From contig CAVWFS010000018.1 of NCBI GenBank assembly GCA_963754315.1, forward strand, positions 704,001 through 768,000: a stretch of DNA of 64,000 bases. The letters are read 5' to 3'. Origin of the DNA: an uncultured Candidatus Rokubacteria bacterium. GTDB lineage: Bacteria > Methylomirabilota > Methylomirabilia > Rokubacteriales > CSP1-6. The first letter of the stretch is position 1. The number at the start of each line of letters is the position of its first letter. The notes below the pieces were generated by a model. It was not told the origin of the DNA. It did no database searches and saw only the letters and a list, made by a program, of their open reading frames with translations. Shown one piece after another: positions 41,492 to 52,821 of this stretch. The translations under genes were made by a program, and so were the position numbers.

Positions 41492-43164
41492 ATGGCCTTT
41501 GACCCTCGCCACGCCAGCCGTACCCTCGTCGATGGCGCCGACCGGGCCGCCGCTCGCAGCTACTTCAAGGCTATCGGGTTCACGGACGAAGACCTCAAGC
41601 GTCCGCTGGTCGGCGTGGCTCACTGCTGGATCGAGATCACGCCCTGTAACTGGAACCACCAGAAGCTGGCCGAGAAGGTCAAGGAGGGTATTCGTGCCGC
41701 CGGCGGGACCCCCATCGAGTTCAACACGATCTCCGTCACGGATGGGATCGCCATGGGCACGGAGGGGATGAAGGCGTCGCTCATCAGCCGAGACTGGATC
41801 GCGGACTCGGTCGAATTGGTGGTGCGCGGTCATCTCCTGGATGGGCTGGTCACCCTCACCGGCTGTGACAAGACGATCCCCGCCATGGTCATGGCGATGG
41901 CGCGCCTGAACGTCCCGAGCGTGATGCTGTACGGAGGCTCCATCATGTATGGGGAGCACCGTGGACGGCGGCTGACCGTGCAGGATGTGTTCGAGGCCAT
42001 CGGGGCCTTCAACGCGGGCAGGATCGACGCGGCCGAGCTCAACGCCATCGAAAGCCGCGCCTGCCCCGGGGCGGGCGCGTGCGGTGGCCAGTTCACGGCC
42101 AACACGATGGCCACCGCCTTCGAGATGCTCGGGGTGTCGCCCATGGGCTGGAACGGTGTTCCCGCGGTCGATCCGCGTAAGGAGGAGGTGGCCTTCCAGA
42201 CAGGACGCCTGGTCATGGACGTCCTCAACAAGGGCCTCAAGCCACGCGATATCATTTCCAAGAAATCCCTGCAGAACGCCATCGCCGGCGTCATGGCCAC
42301 CGGTGGCTCGACCAACGCAGTCTTGCACCTCATGGCCGTGGCCAGGGAGGCTGGCATCAAGCTGACGATCGATGAGTTCGACCGCATTTCGCGGAAGACC
42401 CCACTGCTGGCCGATCTGAAGCCTTGGGGCACCTACACAGCGCCCGAGATGCACGAGGCGGGGGGCATGGCCGTCGTCGCCCAGCGCCTCTTGGCCGCCG
42501 GCCTGCTAAGCGAGGACGAGATGACGGTGACGGGGCGAACGATCGCCCAGGAGGCGCGAGCCGCGCGCGAGCAGCCAGGCCAGAAGGTCATTCGGCTGCT
42601 CAACGACCCCATCAAGCCGGAGGGGGGATCGTGATCCTACGCGGGAATCTCGCCCCGGATGGTTGTGTGGCCAAGGTGTCGGGACAGAAGCGAGACTTTC
42701 ATCGCGGTCCGGCCCGGGTCTTCGAGCGCGAGGAGGATGCGTTCCAGGCCGTGAAGGCGGGGAAGATCAAGGCCAATGACGTGATCGTCATCCGCTGGGA
42801 AGGGCCCAAGGGGGGCCCTGGGATGCGCGAGATGTTGCACGTGACTGGCGCCATCCAAGGTGCCGGTCTGGGGGAGAGCGTCGCCCTGATGACGGACGGT
42901 CGGTTCTCAGGAGCAACCCACGGCTTCATGATCGGCCACATCGCGCCGGAGGCCGCCGAAGGTGGCACCATTGCCGCTCTCAAGAACGGTGATATGATCG
43001 TTGTCGACATCAAAAAACGCAAGCTTGAAGTGGAACTTACAGCTGGAGAGTTGAAGAAACGCTTGAGATTAGTGAAGCCCCCGAAGCCACGCTACACGTG
43101 GGGGGTGATGGCTAAGTATGCGCGCCTCGTCTCCTCCGCTTCGGACGGTGCCGTCACCGGTTAA
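41492..43164 (+). CDS. ilvD: Dihydroxy-acid dehydratase; frameshift in G6 run at 42622-42627
   Basis: [30 protein letters not shown] in first frame; [23 protein letters not shown] in second frame. Confidence 0.93.
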
Positions 43165-43779
43165 CCCCAGACTTCTCGCCTGGCTCGCAAGCGAGCCGCT
43201 TGGCGACGCGACTGCCCTGGATGTCGGAACCGGTTGGGGTGCCTTGGCGCTCGCGCTGGCACCGCGATGTCGAAGGGTCATCGGGGTGGACCGCGACGCG
43301 ACGGCCATCGCTGAAGCCAGGCGCCGAGCAGAGCTTGCTGGCATCAGAAACGTCGAGTTCGTGGTGGACGACGCCGAGGCCGTCGAGTACGCGGCCTTCG
43401 CGCCCGATTTGGTGGTCGCTCATCTCTGCATGTCGGACGCGATCGTGGAGCGATCGAGCCGCGCGCTTCGTCCGCAAGCCGTACTCGCCTTCGTGTGTTT
43501 TCACTCCGACCAGTGGCGTGAAACCGGAAGGCGATCCCGCTTTTCCTACGACGAAGGTCAAATGCGATCGCTTCTGACGCGGACCGGCTTCGCCCTGGAG
43601 TCCATGGAGGTGGACCGGGAGGTACGGGAATTCCGCACGGTCGAGGAGGCACTGGCCGCCGCGGTTGGCCTCGAGGAGCGATGGAGAGCCGATGGGCGCT
43701 GGTTTCACTTCATCAAGTTCCTCGAGGAGGGCGGTCGTAGCCTCACCCGCAGTCATCTCGTGGTCAAGGCTCGACGGCA

Positions 43780-43783
<4 letters not shown>
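43148..43783 (+). CDS. Class I SAM-dependent methyltransferase; start uncertain
   Basis: [23 protein letters not shown]. Confidence 0.82.
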
Positions 43784-44796
<1,013 letters not shown>

Positions 44797-44822
44797 AGGG
44801 GCGTGCTACACTTTTCGATGTC

Positions 44823-45371
44823 ATGGCTATCCTAAAAGTCGCCAGGCTTGGCCATCCGATCCTGCGCCGGCCGGCGCACCCGGTGCCCCTGGAGCGCATT
44901 GGCTCCTCCGAGATCCAGCGTTTCATCGACGACATGGTCGAGACCATGCGCGAGTACGACGGGGCCGGCCTGGCGGCCAATCAAGTGCACACGTTGCTCC
45001 AGATCGCTGTCATCGAGGTGGAGGGAAACCCGCGTTACCCCGAGGCTGCCAATATCCCGCTCACCGTCCTCATCAATCCTGTGGTGACCCCGCTCGGAGA
45101 GGAAATGGTGGACGGGTGGGAGGGCTGTCTCTCCGTGCCCGACATGCGGGGGATGGTGCCCCGGTACACAGAGGTCCGCCTGCAAGGCTTTGACCGCGCT
45201 GGTGACCCTGTGAATCTCGTGGCCAAGGATTTCTTCGCGCGGGTGATCCAGCACGAAACTGACCATCTCAACGGAATCGTCTATCCGGACCGCATGCGAG
45301 ACCTCTCCACCTTGTCCTTCATCGCCGAATGGAACAAGTACTGGCTCGGGCTCAAGGAGCAGGCGGATTAG
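44823..45371 (+). CDS. def: Peptide deformylase
   Basis: GLAANQ, EGCLS, QHETDHLNG. Confidence 0.97.
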   Translation: MAILKVARLGHPILRRPAHPVPLERIGSSEIQRFIDDMVETMREYDGAGLAANQVHTLLQIAVIEVEGNPRYPEAANIPLTVLINPVVTPLGEEMVDGWEGCLSVPDMRGMVPRYTEVRLQGFDRAGDPVNLVAKDFFARVIQHETDHLNGIVYPDRMRDLSTLSFIAEWNKYWLGLKEQAD

Positions 45372-45372
45372 G

Positions 45373-45729
45373 GTGGGCGGACCAGTGGGCGGGGTGGTCG
45401 CCGTGGTGAAGGATCTGTTCTTCGTGGCCCGCATTCGAGAGACGGCACGCCTGGTCGGAGTTCCGCTCGTGTTCGCGCGGGACCCAGATGAGCTGGAGCA
45501 GGCCGTGGGGAGCGCGCCACGCTTCGCCCTCGTCGATCTCACCTCAGACTTCGATTACCCCCGCCTCTTCACCGTGGCCGAGCGCGCGCAGCTCCCGGTG
45601 CTGGCGTTCACCACCCACGCGTTGGCCCGCCAAACCCAACCGTGGCACGCGCGTTGTCAGCGGGTGATTACCAAGGAAACGCTGAGCCAGGAGCTGGGAT
45701 CGCTGCTGCAGCAGGGGTACGCCGCGTGA
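45373..45729 (+). CDS. Hypothetical protein, degenerate receiver (CheY-like) fold
   Basis: VVAVVKDLFF..RI, ALVDL, VLAFTTH pattern; tight operon spacing. Confidence 0.65.
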   Translation: MGGPVGGVVAVVKDLFFVARIRETARLVGVPLVFARDPDELEQAVGSAPRFALVDLTSDFDYPRLFTVAERAQLPVLAFTTHALARQTQPWHARCQRVITKETLSQELGSLLQQGYAA

Positions 45730-46385
45730 CCGCCCAGGAGTTCGTCGCGCAGCTGGCAGCCTCAAATGAGGCGCTGCTGGCCCGGCTCGCTCCGGACGCA
45801 ACCCTGAAGCCCGAGGTCGAGGGCCAGCTCACCGTGGTCAATCTGCTGAAGGTCGCCCTGAAGAACGAGATCGAGGCTACCGAGATCGCTGCGCGCTGGC
45901 TGGTGACCACGGATGATGTGAGAGTGAAGTTGGCTCTTGCTCGGCAGGTCGGCGACGAGGCGAGGCACTTCCGTCTCATCGCCGACCGCCTGCAGGCCCT
46001 CGGGTTCGCCGCGACCACGTTTGACCCGCTCGCCAAGGGGTATGGTCCCCTCTTTCACTTCCTCGACGGTCTCCAAACCACGGTCGAGCGCGTGGCAGCC
46101 GGTCAGTTCACACGCGAGGCGATTGCCATCGTGAAGAATCGTCAGTTCATCGAGTTCTGCGAGGCGGCCGGGGACGGCGCGACGGCCGCGCTCTATCGCG
46201 ACGTGATCGAGCCCGACGAGCGGCATCATCACGAGCTGGGACGCAGCTTGCTCGGCCTGCTCGCCACCACCCCTGAGGCGCAGGCGGACGCCACGCGGGC
46301 GGCACGACGCACGCTCGAATTAGCGGAGGAGCTTCAGCACCAGGCTCTCCGGACGGCAGGTCTGCATCATGCTCCGGGGTGCTGA
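45726..46385 (+). CDS. Ferritin-like di-iron domain protein
   Basis: NEIEATE, GDEARH, TREA, PDERHH (paired ExxH); C-terminal APGC. Confidence 0.8.
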   Translation: MTAQEFVAQLAASNEALLARLAPDATLKPEVEGQLTVVNLLKVALKNEIEATEIAARWLVTTDDVRVKLALARQVGDEARHFRLIADRLQALGFAATTFDPLAKGYGPLFHFLDGLQTTVERVAAGQFTREAIAIVKNRQFIEFCEAAGDGATAALYRDVIEPDERHHHELGRSLLGLLATTPEAQADATRAARRTLELAEELQHQALRTAGLHHAPGC

Positions 46386-46396
46386 GTGATCGAGTA

Positions 46397-47221
46397 ATGG
46401 ACGCAGACCTGCGAACCTTCGGTGATATCGTACGCGTTTCGGCTCCTGAAATCGATCTTGCCCTGGGCGCGCTATGTATTGCCCGCATCGAGCATCCGCA
46501 GTTGATCGCCGAGGACTCACTCAAGCGACTCGACGAGTTGGCCGCGCGCTCGGGGGCGGCCGGGCTCGGCGACGAGCTGCGCATCCTGCACCGGTTGCGC
46601 GAGTTTCTCTTCGCCGAGGAGGGATTCCGGGGCAACAGCGAGGACTACTACGACCCGTGCAACAGCTGCCTCAACGACGTGCTTGAACGCAAGCGGGGCA
46701 TCCCCATCAGCCTTGCCCTCGTCATGATGGAGGTGGGCGTCCGGGTGGGATTGCGTATCCTTGGTGTCGGACTGCCTGGTCATTTCGTGGTGAGTGCCCA
46801 TGTGGGGGGCGATTCCGTGCTGCTCGATCCCTTCAGCGGGGGGGCCCTGCTCACCAGGGAGGGAGCACACAAGGTGGTGGCGCGGGCCGTCGGTCGTCCG
46901 GTTCGGCTTACCGAGGCGAGCTTTGCTCCCTGTTCCCGTTTGCAGATGCTGGCGCGGATGCTGGGCAACTTGAAAGCCGTCTACGTCAGCCGGTGCCAGT
47001 GGGACAAGGCTCTGGGAACCATCAATCACCTGCTCATCGTCGATGGGGAGTCGTCGAACCATCTACGTGACCGGGGCTCCGTGTTGGTCAAGCTCGGTCA
47101 CTTCCACCGGGGCATCGCCGACTGGGAACGGTATCTCGGGCAGAATCCCGAGGCGTCGGATGTCGAGGTCGTGCGCCAGCAAGTGAGGCGAGTCCGCGAG
47201 GGGCTCGCGGCGCTGAACTAG
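46397..47221 (+). CDS. SirB1/transglutaminase-like protein with C-terminal TPR
   Basis: GFRGNSEDYYDP.NS.LNDVLE, GIPISL, GLPGHF, LDPF, RMLGNLK. Confidence 0.88.
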   Translation: MDADLRTFGDIVRVSAPEIDLALGALCIARIEHPQLIAEDSLKRLDELAARSGAAGLGDELRILHRLREFLFAEEGFRGNSEDYYDPCNSCLNDVLERKRGIPISLALVMMEVGVRVGLRILGVGLPGHFVVSAHVGGDSVLLDPFSGGALLTREGAHKVVARAVGRPVRLTEASFAPCSRLQMLARMLGNLKAVYVSRCQWDKALGTINHLLIVDGESSNHLRDRGSVLVKLGHFHRGIADWERYLGQNPEASDVEVVRQQVRRVREGLAALN

Positions 47222-47288
47222 CTCGCGAGGTGGTCGCGAGAACCCCGAGCCCTCACGATCAGCCCGACCTTCAAGGATGGGGTGCGAG

Positions 47289-48585
47289 ATGACGAGCTCG
47301 TACATGCCGCTGCGGCGCCTTCTGGCGTGGTTGCTGATCCTTGCCTGTTCTCACCCCGGCCTGCGCCTCCCGTAACGTGGCTCCCATCGGACATGCCGGG
47401 AAGCCTTTTCAGCCAGAACCGGACGAGGTGCGGCTCTGGGAGCAAGCCGAGAAGGAGGAGGCGGCACTTCTCAAGAAGAACAAGCCGTACGACGATCCGC
47501 TGCTCGAGGACTACCTGGCCAAGATTGGTGACCGGCTTCTTCCCGATAACGTCCGGGCCGCCGGCGGCCCCGGGTATCGCTTCGGTGTCATCCGCGACCC
47601 CACCCTGAACGCCTTCGCCATGCCCAACGGGCGCGTGTACATCCACACGGGCCTGCTGGCCCAAGTTCAGAACGAGGCACAACTGGCCACGATCCTCGGG
47701 CACGAGATGACCCATGTGAGCAACCGTCACGCGCTCAGCTTCACGCGCGACGCGCAGACGAAACAGATCATCTACACGGTCGCGGCCATCGCGGCCAGCA
47801 TCGGGGTGGCGGCGGCGGCGGGCTCGGTCGCCAAGAACAACCCGGTGGGGGGCGCCATGATCGGTCAGACGGCCAACGCCATTCTCGGCCTCGGCTTGCA
47901 GCTCGCCACCATCGCCGCCATCAACGGCTACGGGCGCGATCTCGAGCGCGAGGCCGACGCGGAGGGCCTCGCTCGCATGGTGCGGGCCGGCTACGACCCG
48001 AGGGAAGCGCCCAAGGTCTTCGCGCTCCTGAAGGATAGCAGTGGCGATCGGGGCTCCCTGGAGACGTTCTTCTTCGGTAGTCATCCTCGGTTACAAGAGC
48101 GCGTCGAGACGACCGAGGAGCTGATACGTACGAAATATGTGGACGCGGCCGGCTCGTCGTCGGCGATCGCGAACAGCGACGAGTTCGAGCTCCGGATGCG
48201 GACGGTGGTGCGTGACAATGCCCGCCTCGACATCGCGGCCGGGCGCTTTACCCTGGCCCAGCGCCAGCTCGACCGGGTGCTGACCATTACCCCCAGAGAC
48301 CCGACCGCGCACCTTTACTACGGCGACCTCTATCGCCTCCAGGCCCAGCGGGCGAAGTCACCGATCGAGAAGGCGGAGCTGGCCCACTTGGCGTTGGTGA
48401 GCTATCGGCGCTCGGCCGAGCTGGACCCGCAGGCGCCGGAGCCTTACCGTCAGCTTGGCTTGCTCTACTACCAGCAGCGGCTGCCCGACCGGGCCCGCGA
48501 GGCCTTCCACCAGTATCTGGCCCTCAAGCCCGACGCCCCCGACGCCAAGCGCATCAAGGAGTACCTGGTGGAGTTGGAGCGATAA
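47289..48585 (+). CDS. M48 family metalloprotease with TPRs (BepA-like lipoprotein); +1 frameshift in signal peptide near 47346
   Basis: NAFAMPNG, HEMTH, EREAD, SHP, TPRs; signal MPLRRLLAWLLILA in one frame, VLTPAC lipobox in the next. Confidence 0.88.
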
Positions 48586-48609
48586 GATTGGAGGACCTCG
48601 AGAGGCCCT

Positions 48610-50029
48610 TCAAACCCACGGCGCTCTCGAGAAATCGACGAGCTTGGATTTGAGAATCTTCCCGGTGGCGCTCCGGGGGAGCGTCTCAACCACGCGCACG
48701 AGGCGAGGGCATTTGAACGCAGCCAGGCTCTTGGCGCAATGGGCGATCAGCTCGTCGGGGCCTGCGTGGGCGTGGGGATGGAGCATGACAAACGCCGCGA
48801 TGTCTTCGCCCAGCTCGGGGTGGGGTTGTCCAACGACTGCGGCCTCGGCGACGGCAGGGTGGGCGAGAAGGGTGGCTTCCACCTCTCCTGGTGATACCGA
48901 GTAGCCGCCCCGGAGAATCAATTCCTTCTTCCGCCCGACGATGGTGACAAAGCCGTGAGGGTCGATGCGTGCCAGATCACCCGTGCGGAACCAGCCATCG
49001 CGCAGGACGACCGGCGTTTCCTCCGGGGCACCCAGATAGCCGTCCATGACCGCAGGACTCTTGATGAGGAGCTCACCCGCCTCGCCTGAAGGCAGCGCTT
49101 GCTCAGCCTCGTTGACGACTCGAAGGGTGACGCCGGGGACGGCCCGTCCGATCGCCTCCGGAATTTCGGTGGGATCGTCTGCCAGGTACGAGATGGGTCG
49201 GAAGATCTCCGTACTGCCGTAACCCCGGAGGATCCGTATCCCCGTCTTTTCTCGCCATTCCTGCGCGAGCTCTCCGGGGCATGGTGCGGCGCCGGAGACG
49301 GCCAGTCGCAAGCTCGCCAAGCGCTCCCGGGCAAAGCCGGCCGCGTCGAGGAGACGACGGAACATCGTGGCCACCCCAGGAAATACCGTCACCTGATGCT
49401 GCTCGATGGCCTCCAGAACGGCATCGGGCGAGAAGCGCTCGAGGAGGACGACGGTGGCGCCGGCTAGGAGTGGAGCCAACAGAGCGCCGTTGATTCCAAA
49501 GGAATGGGCGTAGGGGAGGACGCCCAGGACCACGTCGCGCGAGGAGAGCCGCATCACGGGTCCTGCCCAGGACTGGTTAGCGAAGCTGAGCGCGTCGTGG
49601 GATAGCAGAGCACCCTTCGGCCGTCCGGTGCTTCCCGAGGTGTAGAGGATCAGGGCAGGAGAGGAGACCGCCCTTCGCGACTGAGCGGGGGCACCCGTGC
49701 AGTCGGGCTCGGCAATGACCAGGGCGGGGGCGAGATCGGCAAGGATGGTCGCGCGCTCCTCGGCGGTGAGCAGGGGATTCAGCGGGGCCGCGATCGCGCC
49801 GGACTTTGAGGGCAGCGAGGAGGGCGACCACAAAGGACCACGTGTTGGGCAGCGAAATGGCCACTCGATCTCCAGGTCGAAGGTCGCGCGCGGCCAGAGC
49901 GCCCGCCGCGCATGAAGCCCGACGGTCCACTTCCTCGTACGTCAGAGTCCCTTCTTGCCAGGCGAGGGCGGGTTTGGCCGGCGAGGCGTGCGCGCTGGCC
50001 TCGATGAGGACGGCGAAGTTATCAGGCAA
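48610..50029 (-). CDS. Acyl-CoA synthetase/AMP-binding enzyme; +1 frameshift near 49803
   Basis: YTSGSTGRPKG, GYGSTE, TGD, GRKKELILRGG, PRSATGK; N-terminal part in a different frame. Confidence 0.88.
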
Positions 50030-50041
50030 CTCTACACGATG

Positions 50042-51403
50042 CTAGGTGAGGAAATCCTTGAGGTCGATGCGCTGCCAGACCTCGGCGGGTATCCGATGGC
50101 GCGGGGTGTAGGCGGCCAGCGAGGGCTTGGCGGTGGCGTCCACCCCCCACTTGGCCGTGTAGCCATCTTCTTTGGCAGAGGGATCGAGATCGGATCCGCG
50201 TGCTTGGGTCACGATCAGGATGTCCCGATCGGGCTGACAGCGGGTCGCCAGAGCCCACGTCATCTGACGGTCATCGAAAACGTCGACGTCGTGATCGACG
50301 ACGACGACCCGCTTCATGTAAAGGTCTGCTCCGAGGACGGCCAGGAGTGCGTTCTTGGCCTGACCTGGGGCGCGCTGCTCGATGGACACGTAACAGGTGA
50401 AGGGCCCGGGAACCCGTACTGCTTTCACGGAGGGCACCATGGCCCGCACGGCCCGGAAGAGATTGGCTTCCATGGGAATCGTCGAGAGGAGCAGGTGATC
50501 AAGATGGGCAACCGAGATATCGTGGAAGAAGGCGCCTGCGCGATGGGTGATCGCGTTCACCTTGACCACCTCGCGCGGCCGCTGCCCGAGGCTGTAGCCG
50601 GTGAACTCGCCGAAGGGCCCCTCGGGCACGCGTTCATCGGGAAGGATTTCGGCTTCGATCACCATCTCGGCATGGGCCGGCACCAGGATCTCGGAGGTTT
50701 CACAGCGCACCAACTCCAGCGGTTCGCCGAGAAGGGCGCCCATGATGCCACGTTCGTCCTCGTCGATAGAGCCGATGGCGAGGGCCCCGAGGGCGACGGC
50801 GGGGTGCACCCCGAGCGCGAAGGCTACCGGCAGCGCCTCGCGTCGGGCCTCGGCCGTGCGGTGGAATTCCCACAGGTGCTTGCCGGTGGTGAGGTGGATC
50901 GACGTCCGCGCCCGTCCCTGGATCATCAGCCGGTTGTAGGCGCAGTTCCAGATGTCGCGGGTGGGATCCTTGGCGAAGGATATGGCAGCCGTCACGTATG
51001 GCCCCGCGTCGCCCTCGTGATGGACGATCTGCGGTAGCTCGTAGAGATTGATCCGATCGCCTGTGATGATGACGTCCTTCACGGGCCCCCGCGACACCAC
51101 TTTCGGCGGGAGGGGACGCTCCATGGCCGCCAGGTACGTGCGGAGCATGTCCTGGGGCTTGGCGTTCATGGCAGCGGCTAGACGTGAACGGCTCGCATGC
51201 AGGTTGGTGAGGACGGGGAATGGTGAACCCTTCACCTTCTCGAACACGAGCACCGGTCGCCGCCGCGCTTCCTGTTCGAGCTTGACCACGATGGCGGTGA
51301 GTTCATAGGCAGGATCCACCTCGCGGGAGACGACCAGGACCTCGTGCGGCTGGCTTCGCCTGACGCCGTCGAGGAAACTCCTCAGATCCTGCCCCATGAC
51401 CAC
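50042..51403 (-). CDS. UbiD-family prenyl-FMN-dependent decarboxylase
   Basis: DLRSFL, DAGPY, YNR, EGPFGEFTGY, VVDHDVDV, WALATR, SDLDPS, GVDAT. Confidence 0.92.
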   Translation of the reverse strand: MVMGQDLRSFLDGVRRSQPHEVLVVSREVDPAYELTAIVVKLEQEARRRPVLVFEKVKGSPFPVLTNLHASRSRLAAAMNAKPQDMLRTYLAAMERPLPPKVVSRGPVKDVIITGDRINLYELPQIVHHEGDAGPYVTAAISFAKDPTRDIWNCAYNRLMIQGRARTSIHLTTGKHLWEFHRTAEARREALPVAFALGVHPAVALGALAIGSIDEDERGIMGALLGEPLELVRCETSEILVPAHAEMVIEAEILPDERVPEGPFGEFTGYSLGQRPREVVKVNAITHRAGAFFHDISVAHLDHLLLSTIPMEANLFRAVRAMVPSVKAVRVPGPFTCYVSIEQRAPGQAKNALLAVLGADLYMKRVVVVDHDVDVFDDRQMTWALATRCQPDRDILIVTQARGSDLDPSAKEDGYTAKWGVDATAKPSLAAYTPRHRIPAEVWQRIDLKDFLT

Positions 51404-51431
51404 ACTCCCCCTTCCCCAATGATCCTCGGAC

Positions 51432-52088
51432 CTATCGATTAGCGGCCCGTTCGCGCGTGCGCTGGAGCATCGCGCGTACCAAGGATGCCGCCGCGTCGCC
51501 CTGCACGCGGTTGACCACCCAGGTCGGGATCGCTCCTCCCGGCTCGCTGAGCACCTCGTAGGTGACCCGGGCCCCCTTGTTCTCGGGACCGAGCTCGATC
51601 AGCCAGCGTCCTTGGATTTGCGCGACGCGCACGTGGCTCCCGTCCGGCGGAGGGCCGGCCTCGTTGGCGGTGGCAAAAACGATCTCGTAACGCTGGGCTT
51701 CTTGATCCACACGCTTCCGGAGGCGGACGGTGTAGTCGCGATCTTTGGCCAGTGGCACCGCCACTTGCTCGTAGGACAGGCGCTCGTCACCGGTGTCCGA
51801 GAGGAGCTCGAGCCGCTTGAGATACGGAACGAACTCTGGGTGCTCCCGCTGCCGCCAGATCGTCTCGAAGATGGCGGCGGGTGACAGCGAGCTATTGGTC
51901 GTGGCCCGGACCTCGTAGAATCCCGAGCCCGATTGGGTGGTGCGGCGCTCTACCAGCATGCCGTCCTTGTCCGAGAGCATCTGCCAGTCCGCGGCATGGG
52001 CGATCCCGAGCGGCAACAAGACCACGACAACGAGAACGCCGAGGGTCAGCAGGGAGGAGAGCCGCCCTCGGGGGGCGCGTCCTCTCAT
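51432..52088 (-). CDS. Exported START/SRPBCC lipid-binding domain protein
   Basis: Signal peptide ending AHA; WQ...DG, EFVPY, PLAKDRDY, GRW, EPGGAIPTWVVN (START pattern); ATGA overlap with hydroxylase stop. Confidence 0.8.
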   Translation of the reverse strand: MRGRAPRGRLSSLLTLGVLVVVVLLPLGIAHAADWQMLSDKDGMLVERRTTQSGSGFYEVRATTNSSLSPAAIFETIWRQREHPEFVPYLKRLELLSDTGDERLSYEQVAVPLAKDRDYTVRLRKRVDQEAQRYEIVFATANEAGPPPDGSHVRVAQIQGRWLIELGPENKGARVTYEVLSEPGGAIPTWVVNRVQGDAAASLVRAMLQRTRERAANR

Positions 52089-52720
52089 CGAAGCACGGGG
52101 GGCCGAGTGGTGAGGCGGTCGCTTGTGCCGGCGGTACCGAACACCAGGTCCCACAACGGGGAACTGACGCCCCAGCGGGCCCCGGGCGTCGCGTAGTGAT
52201 GGAGCATGTGCTGTCGCCTCAGGTGCCGTCCCCACCGCGTCGGCAATGTCGCCCGATGCAGGGCGAGATGCAGATAGTCATAGGCGAGATAGCCTACCAG
52301 AAAGAAGGCGAAGAACGGCTCGATCCAGAGACCGCCGAGGACCACGCGGAAGAGGCCAAAAAAGGCGGCATGGGCGATGAGGGCGGGGGCGGGGGGGATC
52401 AAGAGGCGGGTCACGTCGTCCGGATTTGCGTGGTGGATCCCGTGCAGCGCGAACTGTAGGCGCTGGCGGCTCGGCGTGCTCGGCCGCAGGTGGAACACGA
52501 AGCGGTGCACGAGGTACTCGGTGAGGGTCCACGCGACCAGACCCCCGATCCCGAGGATGGCGACGGTGGCACCGTCCAGCCGGTGGACGGTGAGCGATCG
52601 CCACAGCAGGCAGGCGATGATCGGCGCCCAGAGCAGGACCGGTGTCAGGGGATGCACCCGCGACAGCCGTTCGAGCAGGCCGTTGTCGAAGAGGCGGACG
52701 CTCTCCTGGCGCGCAAGCAT
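52085..52720 (-). CDS. Fatty acid hydroxylase/sterol desaturase family protein, FA2H/Scs7-like
   Basis: RLFDNGLLERLSRVHP, four His boxes (HRFVFH, HGIHH, HLALH, HMLHH), RLLIPP, GVSSPLWDLVFGT. Confidence 0.88.
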   Translation of the reverse strand: MLARQESVRLFDNGLLERLSRVHPLTPVLLWAPIIACLLWRSLTVHRLDGATVAILGIGGLVAWTLTEYLVHRFVFHLRPSTPSRQRLQFALHGIHHANPDDVTRLLIPPAPALIAHAAFFGLFRVVLGGLWIEPFFAFFLVGYLAYDYLHLALHRATLPTRWGRHLRRQHMLHHYATPGARWGVSSPLWDLVFGTAGTSDRLTTRPPVLR

Positions 52721-52821
52721 CGAGGGACCCTACCCCCCCAGGATACCTCGGGGACCGCCTGCCAACAATGCCCGTGAACTAAGAGTCCGCTTTCCCGGCG
52801 GTTTTTTGTATCATAATTAGG

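Noticed and set aside
42615..42640. Programmed frameshift or phase variation at the ilvD G6 run
   Set aside because: Short run, no stimulatory structure noticed, and many similar indels in the window point to sequencing error
46377..46400. Selenocysteine readthrough at ...PGC-TGA of the ferritin-like gene
   Set aside because: No SECIS-like hairpin is evident and a TAA follows after three codons
47222..47240. Hairpin CTCGCGA-ggtgg-TCGCGAG after the SirB1-like gene, and a similar stem at about 36586-36607
   Set aside because: Plausible mRNA stems but no U-tract; too weak to call terminators
52787..52807. Terminator-like CCGC-N7-GCGG-TTTTTT
   Set aside because: Only a 4-bp stem and no plus-strand gene upstream; more likely part of the divergent promoter region
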